Source: Thermoanaerobaculia bacterium (GTDB lineage: Bacteria > Acidobacteriota > Thermoanaerobaculia > Multivoradales > Multivoraceae). From it: 64,000 nt of DNA. Shown here piece after piece: positions 38,592-48,897 of this stretch. The stretch lies in NCBI GenBank assembly GCA_963664405.1, contig OY761158.1, forward strand, positions 6,560,001 through 6,624,000, read 5' to 3'. The translations under genes were made by a program, and so were the position numbers. Numbering within the stretch: position 1 is the stretch's first letter; every line of letters begins with the position of its first letter. Below the pieces are notes generated by a model that did not search any database, had not been told where the DNA came from, and was given only the letters and a program-made list of their open reading frames with translations.

Positions 38592-38831
38592 ACCAGCGTT
38601 TCCAAAGTTCGCGCACATATCTCGGGCCCTTCTGCCCGCTGGCGTCGTTTCGCCTCCTCGACATATTGCCCAATATGCCTGCGTCAGCGCGCCTCGCCCC
38701 GGAAAACGGACCTACGGCCCGTTCTCCGGCCCATCCCCGCCTGAGAACTACTCGCCTGCTTCGCAGGCTCCTAGCCAGCGAACAGAATGACCTCAAGCTA
38801 TGCAGCACGAACTCTGGAAACGCTGGTCTAG
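38588..38831 (+). repeat. Palindromic element arm type A, copy 2 (244 bp) with a nested 78-bp insert
   Basis: CTAGACCAGCGTTTCCAAAGTTCG...CGAACTCTGGAAACGCTGGTCTAG; extra module between CCTCGCC (38692) and CCTAGCC (38770). Confidence 0.92.
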
Positions 38832-39706
38832 GAGGCCACAAGGTCTCTCATTGCCTCCGCTACGTCGGTGAAGGCGAAGCGGTAGCCGAGCTCTTGCGCC
38901 CGGCGCGGGAGCACGCTCTGGCCGGTGAGGAGCACCTCTGCGACCTCGCCGAGGGCGAGCCTGAGGGCGATCGCTGGAACCTTGAAGAGAGTGGGTCGGT
39001 GGAGGGCCGAGCCGAGACTATTGGCGAGCTCGGTCATAGTTACCGGATTGGGTGCAGTTAGATTGAAAGTACCTTCGGCAGCCTCCGACTCGAGAAGGAA
39101 GCTCAGGAGATGAGCCGCGTCGTCGATGTGGATCCACGAGACCCACTGACGGCCGGAGCCGAGAGCGCCGCCAAGGCCGAGTCTGAATGGTGGCAGCATG
39201 CGCTGAAGCGCGCCGCCTCCTCGGCCGAGGATGACTCCGATTCGGGCCGAGAGCGTGCGTACCCCTGCTTCTCGAGCGGGCCCGGCGGCGGACTCCCAGT
39301 CGGCGCATAGCCGGGCCAGAAAGTCGTCTCCCGGCGGGGAGCTCTCGTCCAGGCCGAGTCGTGTGCTAGGGCCGTAGAAGCCGACCGCTGACGCGCAAAC
39401 AAAGACGGAGGGTCGATGTTCAGCGACCAGGGCGGCCAGTCTCCTCGTGGTCTCGAGTCGGCTCGAGATCAGGATCTCCTTCTGCTTGGCTGTCCAGCGG
39501 CGGGAAAAGAGGTTCTCTCCAGCTAGGTGAACTACCGCGTCAGCCGCCTCTACGCCGGCCTCCAGGCTCTCGTCGGACCAGTCGTATCCTTCGCTGGATC
39601 GCTGGCGGCTCACGCACAGTGGCTCATGGCCTCTCTCGGCGAGGTGTTGCTGAAGTCGGGTCCCGAGAAAGCCTGAAGCTCCTGTTACCAAGACCTTCAT
39701 TTTCAT
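38828..39706 (-). CDS. TIGR01777-family NAD-dependent epimerase-like oxidoreductase
   Basis: VTGASGFLG, VVHLAGE...RWT, SAVGFYG, FLARLCADWE, GSGRQWVSWIHIDD, APNPV. Confidence 0.9.
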   Translation of the reverse strand: MKMKVLVTGASGFLGTRLQQHLAERGHEPLCVSRQRSSEGYDWSDESLEAGVEAADAVVHLAGENLFSRRWTAKQKEILISSRLETTRRLAALVAEHRPSVFVCASAVGFYGPSTRLGLDESSPPGDDFLARLCADWESAAGPAREAGVRTLSARIGVILGRGGGALQRMLPPFRLGLGGALGSGRQWVSWIHIDDAAHLLSFLLESEAAEGTFNLTAPNPVTMTELANSLGSALHRPTLFKVPAIALRLALGEVAEVLLTGQSVLPRRAQELGYRFAFTDVAEAMRDLVAS

Positions 39707-39790
39707 CGGCAGTCGCTCTGGTGCATCCAGGGGTCGGGTGCTCGGGTATCATCGCCGGGCTCGCCAATGGACTTGCGCTAATCGTACAGT

Positions 39791-42643
39791 ATGAGCTCGG
39801 TCGAACGTTTCTTCTTGGGCTGGGAGAGCGCCTTTCTGGAGCGCGTGGCGACGTCGCTGCTCGAGGGCTGGGGCCGCGATCAATCGGAGGTGCTCGTTGT
39901 CGTTCCCGGCAGGCGAGCGCGTCGTCGCTTGCTGGCGCTGTGGGTAGAGGAGGCCGGTGCGTCGCGCAGCAGGGAGAGCGAGGCGCTGGTACCGCCGATG
40001 ATCGTGACACCGGGAGCGGTAGCGCCGGCGCTCTGTCGCTCAACGTTGCCGGTGGCGTCCGGGGTTCAGCGACTGTTGGCCTGGGAGAAGGCCTTGGCCG
40101 CCTCGGCTGGCGTCATGGGTGCGCTCTCCTTCGAGAAAACGGCAGCTTTCGCGGCAAGACTGTCCTTTGCCGCCGAGCTCAGCCGTGTGCAGGACGATCT
40201 GGCCGCCGCAGGTCTCTCGCTCGAGGTCGTGGCAGCGCGGCAGCGGTCGCTCTTCGACGGGCCGGAGGAGAAGCGGTGGCGGGCCATTCTCGAGGCAGAG
40301 AAGGTCTACACGCGGCTGCTTTCCGATCAAGGATTGATCGATCCGGGCGTGGCGTCACTAGATGAGGTCGATCGAGGAGGCGTCACAACCGAGGTGATCG
40401 TGCTCTGCGGCGTCGTCGAGCTGGGGGCTCGGTTGCGTTCGATGATCGCCACCAAGTGTACGGAGATCGTGGCCCTGATTCAGGCTCCGTCGGCGTCCGC
40501 GCGACTCTTCGACGAGTGGGGGGGGCTCGAGGTTCAGGCCTGGCGTCGTCGACGGCTACCCGCCTCAGGCCGCCGCGTTCTGATCGAGGAGCAGCCTCGG
40601 GACCAGGCCCGCGCGGTCGCGCAGGTAGCGCTCGAGGCCGAAGGGCGGGGTCGAGTGGCCATCGGAATCGCCGATCGGGGACTGCTGGGCGGCGTGGAGA
40701 GTGCGCTCCGGGCGACAGGACTTCGCTACCACTCCGGGCTCGGGCGCCCTCTCGGCGAGACCTCACCGTGGCGCTTGGTCGAGGCTCTCGGCGCCTACCT
40801 GAAGAGCCGGGACTACAGAGATCTCGCGTTGTTGTTGCGCCACCCCCCGTTCGAGCTGTACATCAGTGCCAAGCTCTCTGAGATCGATGTCGGCCGGGAG
40901 GGGGGCAGCGGCGAGCTCCGTGCGAAGGCTGTAGGCGAGGACTGGCTCAGCGTGCTCGACCTCTATCGAAACGAGACGCTTCAGTCCAGGGTCGGCGTCG
41001 AGTGGCCAGGGGATCCGAGCAAGGCGGCAGTGGTGGCTAGTATCGACAGGGCGATCAGGGAAGGGCTCGGCCTCGATGATCGAGGTCACCGCTCGGCAGA
41101 GCGCCGAGTCCCACAGCGAGACTCACTGGCGAGCTGGATCTCCCGAGTGCGCGGCTTCTTGGCTGAGGTCTACGAGGTCTCGGCATTAGAGGCGCGTACC
41201 GAGGTCTCCCGATCGTCGGTTTTCAGCCTCGGCGAGTTTCTTGGCGAGCTCGAAGAGGCCTGGCGGGGCGGCGATGTGGGCTCGATGAGCTTGGAGGAGT
41301 CGATTGATGTGCTCGTTCACTGCGGGCAAGGGGAGCTCGTGGCCGAGGATGGAAGTGAGGGCGTCGATGTTTTGGGCTGGCTCGAACTGCCCTTTGACAC
41401 CGCTCCCGCTGCGGTGGTTCTGGGGTTGAACGAAGGCTCGATCCCGCAGGCGACGAGCCCGGGGTCGCTTCTCTCGCCGCAGCTGCGACGGGAGCTTGGC
41501 ATGAGTGGGGACGACGAGCGCTTTGCCAGAGATCTCTACATATTGAACGTGCTGGAAGAGAGCCGAGAGCTGACTCTGGTTGCGGGTCGTCGCGGCCTCG
41601 AGTCGGAGCCCTTGGTACCGAGTCGCCTGCTGCTGGCGTGCCCGGATGAGCGGATGGCCGAGGTGGTCTTGTCCTTCTATCAAGGGTCCGGTGAGCGGAG
41701 GGTGGGCGACTCGCCCGGCACTGACGTCGGGAGCCTCCTGTTGGCAGCGCCACGATCCGAGGGGCGGCTCCTGGCGCAGCTCCAGGTCACCGGGTTCAAG
41801 GACTATCTGCAGTGCCCCTATCGCTTCTATTTGAAGCATGTCCTCGGCCTGCGCCAGATAGCCGATACGGCTCGCGAGCTCGACCCCGGGGCTTTCGGGG
41901 CTCTTCTACATCAGATACTTGTCGACTTCGCTGGCTCCTCCGGCGCCGACTCAGAGGACCCGGAGAGGGTGATCGCGACCCTGTCGCAGTTTCTCGACCG
42001 CGCTGTCGAGGCGCAGCTCGGTCGCTCTTCGCTGGTGGCGGTTCGGATCCAAGTCGAGCAGCTTCGACGCCGGCTCGAGACTTTTGCGCGTTGGCACGTG
42101 TCAGAGGTCTCGAAGGGCTGGCGGGTGGTAGCCGAGTACAGCGAGAGGCGCATGGAGGCCGAGCTCGATGTCGATGGGCAGGGAGTCGGCTTGGTGGGGC
42201 GCATCGATCGACTCGACGAACATCCTGAGCACGGCTTCCGTCTGCTCGACTTCAAGAGCGCCGAAAGACCCCGGCGACCCGAAGAGACGCACCGGGAGGG
42301 GCCGCCAGCGGCGCGCCGCTGGCGCGACCTCCAACTTCCTCTCTACGAGCTGATACTGAAGCAGAACGGCATCACCGAGCCGCTCCAGCTCGGCTACGTC
42401 AACCTGAGCCGACAGCTCGGTGGTGACCCTTTGGCGATGGCCGGTTGGAGTGCAGTTCAGCGAGCGGAAGCGGTCGAGGTAGCTCGTGGAGTCGTTCGCT
42501 CGATTCGGCAGGGTCGGTTCTGGCCTCCCTCGGAGCCGCCTCCGTATGACGATGGGCTCGGGGGGCTGGCTGGTGATGGCTTCGAGGAGCGCGAGGCATT
42601 GATCGCCGTTTCGGGCAAGAGGGGCCTCGAGGAGCCGCGGTGA
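39791..42643 (+). CDS. AddB-like protein: degenerate helicase region plus PD-(D/E)XK nuclease
   Basis: VLGLNEGSIP, DYLQCPYRFYLKHVL, GALLHQIL, GRIDRLD...LLDFKS, DLQLPLY. Confidence 0.82.
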   Translation: MSSVERFFLGWESAFLERVATSLLEGWGRDQSEVLVVVPGRRARRRLLALWVEEAGASRSRESEALVPPMIVTPGAVAPALCRSTLPVASGVQRLLAWEKALAASAGVMGALSFEKTAAFAARLSFAAELSRVQDDLAAAGLSLEVVAARQRSLFDGPEEKRWRAILEAEKVYTRLLSDQGLIDPGVASLDEVDRGGVTTEVIVLCGVVELGARLRSMIATKCTEIVALIQAPSASARLFDEWGGLEVQAWRRRRLPASGRRVLIEEQPRDQARAVAQVALEAEGRGRVAIGIADRGLLGGVESALRATGLRYHSGLGRPLGETSPWRLVEALGAYLKSRDYRDLALLLRHPPFELYISAKLSEIDVGREGGSGELRAKAVGEDWLSVLDLYRNETLQSRVGVEWPGDPSKAAVVASIDRAIREGLGLDDRGHRSAERRVPQRDSLASWISRVRGFLAEVYEVSALEARTEVSRSSVFSLGEFLGELEEAWRGGDVGSMSLEESIDVLVHCGQGELVAEDGSEGVDVLGWLELPFDTAPAAVVLGLNEGSIPQATSPGSLLSPQLRRELGMSGDDERFARDLYILNVLEESRELTLVAGRRGLESEPLVPSRLLLACPDERMAEVVLSFYQGSGERRVGDSPGTDVGSLLLAAPRSEGRLLAQLQVTGFKDYLQCPYRFYLKHVLGLRQIADTARELDPGAFGALLHQILVDFAGSSGADSEDPERVIATLSQFLDRAVEAQLGRSSLVAVRIQVEQLRRRLETFARWHVSEVSKGWRVVAEYSERRMEAELDVDGQGVGLVGRIDRLDEHPEHGFRLLDFKSAERPRRPEETHREGPPAARRWRDLQLPLYELILKQNGITEPLQLGYVNLSRQLGGDPLAMAGWSAVQRAEAVEVARGVVRSIRQGRFWPPSEPPPYDDGLGGLAGDGFEEREALIAVSGKRGLEEPR

Positions 42644-45600
42644 GGAGCCCTCATCAACTGGTGCGGGCCTCCGCAGGCTCCGGTAAGACCCATCGTCTAG
42701 CCCTTCGCTATCTCGAAGTCTTGTTCGCGGGCGCAGACCCCGCCACGATCGTTGCGTCGACCTTTACTCGGGAGGCTTCGGGAGAGATCTTAGGGCGAGT
42801 CTTCACCCGCCTGGCTTTGGCGAGCCGAAGTGAGAGCGAGGCCTCTTCGCTGCGGAAAGACCTGGGCCTGAGTGGTTTGGACCGAGGCAGGGCTCGAGTG
42901 GCGCTTCGTCTTCTGGCGGACTCTCTGCCTCGCCTTTCGGTATCGACGCTGGACAGCCTTCTCTATCGGATTGCGCTCAGCCTGCGCTCAGAGCTGGGTT
43001 TCCTGGTCGCACCGACGATGTCCGCGCTCGATGATCCTCTGGCCAGCGGATTGCGCGAACAGGCGTTGGAGGCGACCCTGGCCGAGCTGGCCGACGCTGG
43101 CTGGGTCGAGCTACTCGATCTCTTTGAGCGATTTCAGGGCGCCGCTGCGGGGCGCTCCGTCGCTCGCGCTCTCGACTCGGCGATTTTGGATCTCTACGAG
43201 ACCTACCGCGAGGCTCCCTACGAGGAGCTTTGGGGGCGCATGGAGCTTCCGGCGGAGCTGCCGCCCTCGGAGCTCGGCGCGGCGAGGCAGAGGCTCGGCG
43301 AAATGCTCCTGGCCAGCGCGCCGGGGGCGCTCAGCCGCACTCTAGAGCGCGATTTGCAGCACGTCGGGGCGGGGAACTGGTCTGCCTTCTTGAGTCGCGG
43401 GCTGGGCGCCAAGGTCGCCGAGGGAGAGACCCGCTATCGGAGACGTGAGATTCCTCCAGCCTGGCGGCAGGAGCTCGAGACTCTGGTGGCGGTCGGCAGC
43501 CGCGAGCTCCTGCAAGGGTCGGTGGCCCGCAGCCGGGCTACCTTTCGTTTTCTGGCTTCCTTCGATCGAAGCTATGCGGCCTTGCGCCGGCATCGCGGCC
43601 TGCTTCTCTTCTCAGATCTCGCTTCGACGCTCCTCGGCTGGTTCGAGATGGCGGGGGAGGAAGGTGTGGAGGAGATCTACTATCGTCTGGACGCCAAGGT
43701 AGGCCACCTTCTCCTCGATGAGTTCCAGGACACGAGTCTCGCGCAGTGGTCTCTGTTGCGGCCGATCGCGGACGAGATTCGGGCCTATGGCGATGGCTCT
43801 CGCACCTTCTTTTGTGTCGGCGATCCTAAGCAGGCGATCTACGGATGGAGAGGGGGCTGCGCGGACCTCTTCGGGCAGGTAGAGGAAGACCTGAGGCTCG
43901 ATCCCGCCGGCACCGAGAGAATGGACACGAGCTTCCGTTCGTCGCAGGTCATTCTCGACACGGTCAATCGAGTCTTCTCTAGATTGGAGTATGTTCGGTC
44001 CCTGGACGAACAGCGTGAGGTTGTCGACTCTTGGGCTGCTGCCTTCTTCGAGCATCGGGCCGAGCGACAGTCGATGCCTGGCTGGGTGGAGATGAAGTGC
44101 TCGGGTGGTGCCGATCCGAGGGTTCATGGAAGCTGGGTCGCTGGCCGTCTGGGTGAGCTCCAGGAGATGCTTGCCGGTGCGTCGATCGCGGCTCTGGTGC
44201 AGACCAACGAGCAGGTGAGCAACCTTCTCGACTGTCTGCGCCGAGCGGGGGTGGCAGCGAGTGGGCTCGGAGGTAGCCCTATTGCGGAGGACCCCGCGGT
44301 GGCGGCGATCCTGGCCGCTCTCCTTTTCTGCGACCACCCGGGGGATACCGTGTCGGCCTATCACTTGCTGGAGTCTCCTCTTGGAAGGAGTGTGGGCCTA
44401 GGCTCGCTGGACTCCGCCTCGAGAGTCGAGGCTTCGAGGGGCATGCGGCGGGAGTGGTGGGAATCGGGAGTGGTAGAGGCAGTGGCAGGGTGGGTGAGAG
44501 CGATCGAAGAGTGTTGCTCTGCGAGGAGCCGGCTGCGACTGTCACAGCTGATGGAGCAGGTCGAGCGCTTCGCTAGAGGCTCTGCCCGCCGCCCCGCCGA
44601 GCTCGCTGCCTTCTTGCGAACAGTCAAGGTCGAGAGCCCCCGCTCGGGAGGCGTGCGAGTGATGACGGTACATCGCGCCAAGGGGCTGGAATTCGATGTC
44701 GTGGCGCTGCCGGAGCTCGATCGCCCGCTGGTTGGCGCCTTGGATAGCGGGGTCTATCTTCAGCGCCTTTCGCCCCTCGCGCCGGTGGAAGCGGTCCATC
44801 GCAGTGTTGGTAGGGTTGTTCGTCGCCTGAGTCCGGAGTTGGAGTCAGCGTACGATGCCGAGCGAGATCGCCGCTTACGCGACGGTCTGAGCGCGCTTTA
44901 CGTTGCTCTTACCAGGGCAAGGCATGGGCTCCTTCTGTGGCCGAGAGCCGATCTGCCTGGGAGGAAGAAAGAAGCCTCGTTCGTGAGCTTCGCTACGATC
45001 CTCGGACAGACTCTCGCTCCCGGCGGCCTCGACAGCGGCTATCAGCCCGAGACAGTCCTTTGGCAGGTAGGGGATCTCGAAGCGGTTCGGCGATCCATCG
45101 CTCCCTCGCCGGAGGCGCCGCAGACCAAAGCCCTCGTGCTCCCGCTACGAGCCGAGACGCAGGTCGAAGGTCGCTCTCTCGAGGGTGTGAGGGTTGTCTC
45201 GGTCGATGAAGAGGTAGAGCCGGAGCGGCGAGGGGCGTTGGATCTCCTTCGGGCTGGACTTGCCGCTCGGCGTAAGTCGAGTCCGGTGCTGCTTTCAGGG
45301 GGGCACGAAGACGCCGAAGAGAGAGCTCTTGCGAAGTCTTGGCTGGGAGCGGATGTCGAGCTCGAGTCGCCCTTCAGGGCGAGACGATTTGCCGTGCTCT
45401 TTGGCGGCAGCGTGGTCGAAGGCAGCTTTCGGAGGCTGTGGGTCCGCCGTGATGGCGGAGAGATAACGAGGGCTCTGGTCGTGGACGATGGAGGGGGCGA
45501 CAGCGTCGAGAGCTCCTCTGTTAGGAAGCGGGTTCGGATCCTCCGTCAGGCAGCGGGCCTCAGCGTCGGTGTGGAACCGTTGGCGGTGGCGGTCCTCCTT

Positions 45601-45648
45601 CTAGTAGGCAACGGAAACGTTGGACGGATTTACCCGCCGGAGCCCTGA
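42640..45648 (+). CDS. AddA-like UvrD/SF1A helicase with a degenerate C-terminal nuclease domain
   Basis: ASAGSGKT, STFTREAS, LLDEFQDTS, VGDPKQAIYGWRG, SFRSS, MTVHRAKGLEF, LYVALTRAR; GTGA overlap with the addB-like gene. Confidence 0.88.
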   Translation: MRSPHQLVRASAGSGKTHRLALRYLEVLFAGADPATIVASTFTREASGEILGRVFTRLALASRSESEASSLRKDLGLSGLDRGRARVALRLLADSLPRLSVSTLDSLLYRIALSLRSELGFLVAPTMSALDDPLASGLREQALEATLAELADAGWVELLDLFERFQGAAAGRSVARALDSAILDLYETYREAPYEELWGRMELPAELPPSELGAARQRLGEMLLASAPGALSRTLERDLQHVGAGNWSAFLSRGLGAKVAEGETRYRRREIPPAWRQELETLVAVGSRELLQGSVARSRATFRFLASFDRSYAALRRHRGLLLFSDLASTLLGWFEMAGEEGVEEIYYRLDAKVGHLLLDEFQDTSLAQWSLLRPIADEIRAYGDGSRTFFCVGDPKQAIYGWRGGCADLFGQVEEDLRLDPAGTERMDTSFRSSQVILDTVNRVFSRLEYVRSLDEQREVVDSWAAAFFEHRAERQSMPGWVEMKCSGGADPRVHGSWVAGRLGELQEMLAGASIAALVQTNEQVSNLLDCLRRAGVAASGLGGSPIAEDPAVAAILAALLFCDHPGDTVSAYHLLESPLGRSVGLGSLDSASRVEASRGMRREWWESGVVEAVAGWVRAIEECCSARSRLRLSQLMEQVERFARGSARRPAELAAFLRTVKVESPRSGGVRVMTVHRAKGLEFDVVALPELDRPLVGALDSGVYLQRLSPLAPVEAVHRSVGRVVRRLSPELESAYDAERDRRLRDGLSALYVALTRARHGLLLWPRADLPGRKKEASFVSFATILGQTLAPGGLDSGYQPETVLWQVGDLEAVRRSIAPSPEAPQTKALVLPLRAETQVEGRSLEGVRVVSVDEEVEPERRGALDLLRAGLAARRKSSPVLLSGGHEDAEERALAKSWLGADVELESPFRARRFAVLFGGSVVEGSFRRLWVRRDGGEITRALVVDDGGGDSVESSSVRKRVRILRQAAGLSVGVEPLAVAVLLLVGNGNVGRIYPPEP

Positions 45649-45682
45649 TCCGCGAGTGGGGAACAGGGGCTCAGGGCTGGGG

Positions 45683-46861
45683 TCACGACCAAGGGGCGGC
45701 TCCGGTGGGGTCGCGTAGGAGGCGCCTGGCCACCACCATCCGATGGACCTCGTCAGGCCCGTCGTAGATGCGTGCGTAACGGGCCTCACGGTACATAGCT
45801 TCGAGCGGAGTATCGCCTGTCACTCCGAGCGCGCCGTGGACCTGAATCGCGCGGTCGATCACATTGTGCAACATGCGCGCACCCCAGAACTTGATCAGGG
45901 AGATCTGGACTCGAGCTTCGGTCCCGGCGTCGATCGCGCGGGCCGCATCTAGGGTCATCAGTCTCGCTGCCTGGATCTCGGCGGCCGACTCGGCTACATA
46001 GCGTTGGATCTCCCCCTTCTCGGCAAGAAGGGAACCGTGGGCCCAGCGGCTATTGGCGCGGGCACACATGAGCTCGAAGGCTCTTTGGGCCTGTCCCAAC
46101 CACCGCATGCAGTGGAATATCCGCCCTGGACCCAGCCGCTTCTGCGCAATCGTGAATCCCTCCCCCTGGGGCCCGAGAAGATTGGTTCTGGGCACGCGAA
46201 CGTCTCTCAGCCGAATCTCGCAGTGACCTCCTCCGGTGTGTCCCATGGTCGGGATGACCCGAACCAGCTCGTAGCCGGGCGAGTCTGTAGGAACGATAAT
46301 CGAAGAGAACTGGCGGTACTTGTTGTCGTGCTCTGGGTCGGTCTTACAGAAGATGGTGGTGAAGGCTGCTCGGTTGGCGCCGCTGGTGAACCACTTATGG
46401 GCGTTGATCACCCACTCGTCACCGTCGAGGACCGCAGCGGCCTGCATCAGGGTCGGGTCTGAGCCGGCGACCTCAGGCTCAGTCAGTCCGACCGAGGGGT
46501 AGATCTCTCCCGCTACGAGAGGCTTGAGCCAACGCTCTCGCTGTTCGTCACTGGCGTAGAGGTTGAGCATGATCGAGTCCTGCATCGACATCGACCCGAC
46601 CGCGACGGATCCGAAGCGAGATCGCCCGATGATCTCGTTCATGAAGACAAAGGGTATGAAGGGGATCCCCTGTCCGCCGATGTCGGCCGGATGTCCGAGA
46701 GCCCAGAGACCCTGCGACTTGGCCTGGGCTTTGAGCTGGCCCATCAGCTCACCTCTCGGGTCGTCCGTCAACTCTGCCTCGGCAGGAATGACGGCGTCGT
46801 TGATGAAGGTGCGCAGGCGGTCGCGAACTTCGTTCAATTCTGGGGTTAGATCCTGGGGCAC
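45683..46861 (-). CDS. Acyl-CoA dehydrogenase family protein
   Basis: LTEPEVAGSD, WVINAHKWFTSGA, AQKRLGPGRIFHCMR, IDRAIQVHGALG, RIYDGPDEVH; GTG start after GAGGAGG. Confidence 0.92.
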   Translation of the reverse strand: MPQDLTPELNEVRDRLRTFINDAVIPAEAELTDDPRGELMGQLKAQAKSQGLWALGHPADIGGQGIPFIPFVFMNEIIGRSRFGSVAVGSMSMQDSIMLNLYASDEQRERWLKPLVAGEIYPSVGLTEPEVAGSDPTLMQAAAVLDGDEWVINAHKWFTSGANRAAFTTIFCKTDPEHDNKYRQFSSIIVPTDSPGYELVRVIPTMGHTGGGHCEIRLRDVRVPRTNLLGPQGEGFTIAQKRLGPGRIFHCMRWLGQAQRAFELMCARANSRWAHGSLLAEKGEIQRYVAESAAEIQAARLMTLDAARAIDAGTEARVQISLIKFWGARMLHNVIDRAIQVHGALGVTGDTPLEAMYREARYARIYDGPDEVHRMVVARRLLRDPTGAAPWS

Positions 46862-46896
46862 GGCTTCCTCCTCGAATCGCGGCCCGGCGGGCCGGC

Positions 46897-47733
46897 TCAG
46901 TGAGTCATCGCGTAGAGAACGATATTGATACCCATCGGGTAGGATTTGGTTGCCGAGAATCTGGCGAAGAATTCTTCGTCTTCTCCTTCTCGCTCCCAGC
47001 CGTCGGCGATATCGGTGTTGTGAGTCATTACCACCATCAGTCGCCCGCGCTCGTCGAAGATACCTCGCACATGGGGCTCTTCCGATTCCCAACCCCGTTC
47101 CGACGTTTCACCCGTCCAGCGCCAATGCTGAATCGAAGGTACCTGAGGGATCTCTCGAATGAGATAGAGGCCGCGGAAGAGCTCGTGCTCGAGCGGGACG
47201 TCCACGATCGGGAACTCGGCAGGCAGCAAAACCTTGCCGATTTGACGACTCCAATGGTTCCATGCCCGCTCTCCCCAGAAGTCGTCGACGTAGAGAAAAC
47301 CACCCGATAGCAGGTAGGTGCGGAGGCTTTCGACCTCGGGCCCACTGAAGCCGACGGTTCCGACGTCAGACATGAAGATGAAGGGACAACCGTAGATCTC
47401 GTCGTCGGTCGGTCGTACGACCACATGATTGGGCTCGCCATCGTCATACTCGTTCACTTCCACCTGGGTCAGCTGCGACAAGCGCACCATGAAATGGATG
47501 TCGGAATCGGGATAGTCGGTGTTCCAACCGTGCCCGAGAGCCTCGGTGCGCACACTGTTGTAGTAGAGGCGGCAGAAAGTAAAGGCGCCAGCGGCGAGAT
47601 CTTCGGCTGCGGCGAATTTGGGTGCTCTGCGGTGCCAGCTCCTACCGCCCCATTGGGCTTCGGCCGAGGGGGCGCACAGCCAGGCGGCGGGCACCAGCAG
47701 CAAGAGTGGGGCGATGCGAGCCTTGAGCTTCAA
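46897..47733 (-). CDS. DUF4159-domain protein, probably exported
   Basis: FTFCRLYY, WNTDYPDSD, PFIFM, LRTYLLSGGFLYVDDFWG, HNTDIADGWE, MGINIVLYAMTH; start approximate. Confidence 0.8.
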   Translation of the reverse strand: MKLKARIAPLLLLVPAAWLCAPSAEAQWGGRSWHRRAPKFAAAEDLAAGAFTFCRLYYNSVRTEALGHGWNTDYPDSDIHFMVRLSQLTQVEVNEYDDGEPNHVVVRPTDDEIYGCPFIFMSDVGTVGFSGPEVESLRTYLLSGGFLYVDDFWGERAWNHWSRQIGKVLLPAEFPIVDVPLEHELFRGLYLIREIPQVPSIQHWRWTGETSERGWESEEPHVRGIFDERGRLMVVMTHNTDIADGWEREGEDEEFFARFSATKSYPMGINIVLYAMTH

Positions 47734-47771
47734 TGGGGCGATGCTAACCGGGAGCCGTTGGTAGCGCAAGA

Positions 47772-48893
47772 CTAGCGAGACAGGAGGAAGACGATAAGGG
47801 TGAGAGTCGCCAGAGCGGCGAGGACGAGTGCGAGGATCTTCCAAGGGCTCTTTGGGTATCTGCCGGCGATTCGACCGGTGTAGCCGTTGACGAGCAATTT
47901 GAAGCTGCGGGCGCCGTAGTCGTAGCTCAGGAGCCAGACCGGCACCAGAATGAGCTTGAAGGTCTCGTCGGCGTAGGTCGGGTCGATTACCAGGCGACGA
48001 TGGGTGTCTCCGGGAACTTGGTCGGCGCACAGCCGGCGGAGGTCGTTGTGCATGGCGGCGCGAGATTCTCGCACTGCGTCGATCAGGACGACTTGATAGT
48101 GCTCGACGACGAAGCCAGAGAGGTAGGCGGTATCGTAGGGAACTAGATTCGCGGTTGGAAATGGCTCCACCCCTCCGAGCAGATCTCGATCGACTCCGAC
48201 GGTTGCTGGGACCGGGTGGTCGTCAAAGAAGTGCTCGACCTGTCCCGATGCGTTCCTCCATCGAGTATGACGGACCTGCCGCCGTCGCTGCCGGCCCTGA
48301 GAATCTCGATAGCTCTCGGTGGTGTAATAGTAGGTCCCTGATTCGGCGGTCCATCGGCAATGTGCCTTGGCGTCGAAGGTCCAGTAGGGAAAGTAGGCAC
48401 CGCGGATTCGATCCAGCGCTGCCTTGACGCGCAGGCGCTTAGGCGCCAGCCACTTGGTTCGATACCAGCGACGGAGCCGCTCTCGCACCTGGCTCTCGGA
48501 GATCTTGAAGGGAAGCAGGCTCAGCGGCCGCAACGGAGCGAGAATCTCGTCGTAATCGACCAACGCCGGAGAGCCGCAGAAGTCGCAGCGCTGGCCTACC
48601 CTCTCGGCATCGAAGACGGACACCGCCCGACAGCTGCCGCACCGCACGCTCCTTTTCTCGGCCGCCCAACCTCGGAGCTCCTCGGGAAGCTCGCGTAGAG
48701 TCGTGACCAGATCGATCTCGCAGATCTCGCCAGTGTCGCTGTCGATCTCGTAGGGGGACTCGGTGCCGCAGAAAGGGCATGACAGTCGCTGTCTGGTCGG
48801 GTTCCACTCCGCCTGTGCGCCACATGCGGCACACGGATGCTTGTCGATCGCGTTGGTGGCTGGCGGGGGTGGGGGAGGGGTGGCTCCGGCCAT
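47772..48893 (-). CDS. Double zinc-ribbon membrane-anchored protein (YdjG-like)
   Basis: CAACGA..CPFCG and CGSC..CDFCG; YFPYWTFD, LVPVW..Y.Y....F..LVNGYTGRIAG..P.S..K, C-terminal TM helix. Confidence 0.8.
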   Translation of the reverse strand: MAGATPPPPPPATNAIDKHPCAACGAQAEWNPTRQRLSCPFCGTESPYEIDSDTGEICEIDLVTTLRELPEELRGWAAEKRSVRCGSCRAVSVFDAERVGQRCDFCGSPALVDYDEILAPLRPLSLLPFKISESQVRERLRRWYRTKWLAPKRLRVKAALDRIRGAYFPYWTFDAKAHCRWTAESGTYYYTTESYRDSQGRQRRRQVRHTRWRNASGQVEHFFDDHPVPATVGVDRDLLGGVEPFPTANLVPYDTAYLSGFVVEHYQVVLIDAVRESRAAMHNDLRRLCADQVPGDTHRRLVIDPTYADETFKLILVPVWLLSYDYGARSFKLLVNGYTGRIAGRYPKSPWKILALVLAALATLTLIVFLLSR

Positions 48894-48897
48894 CCGC

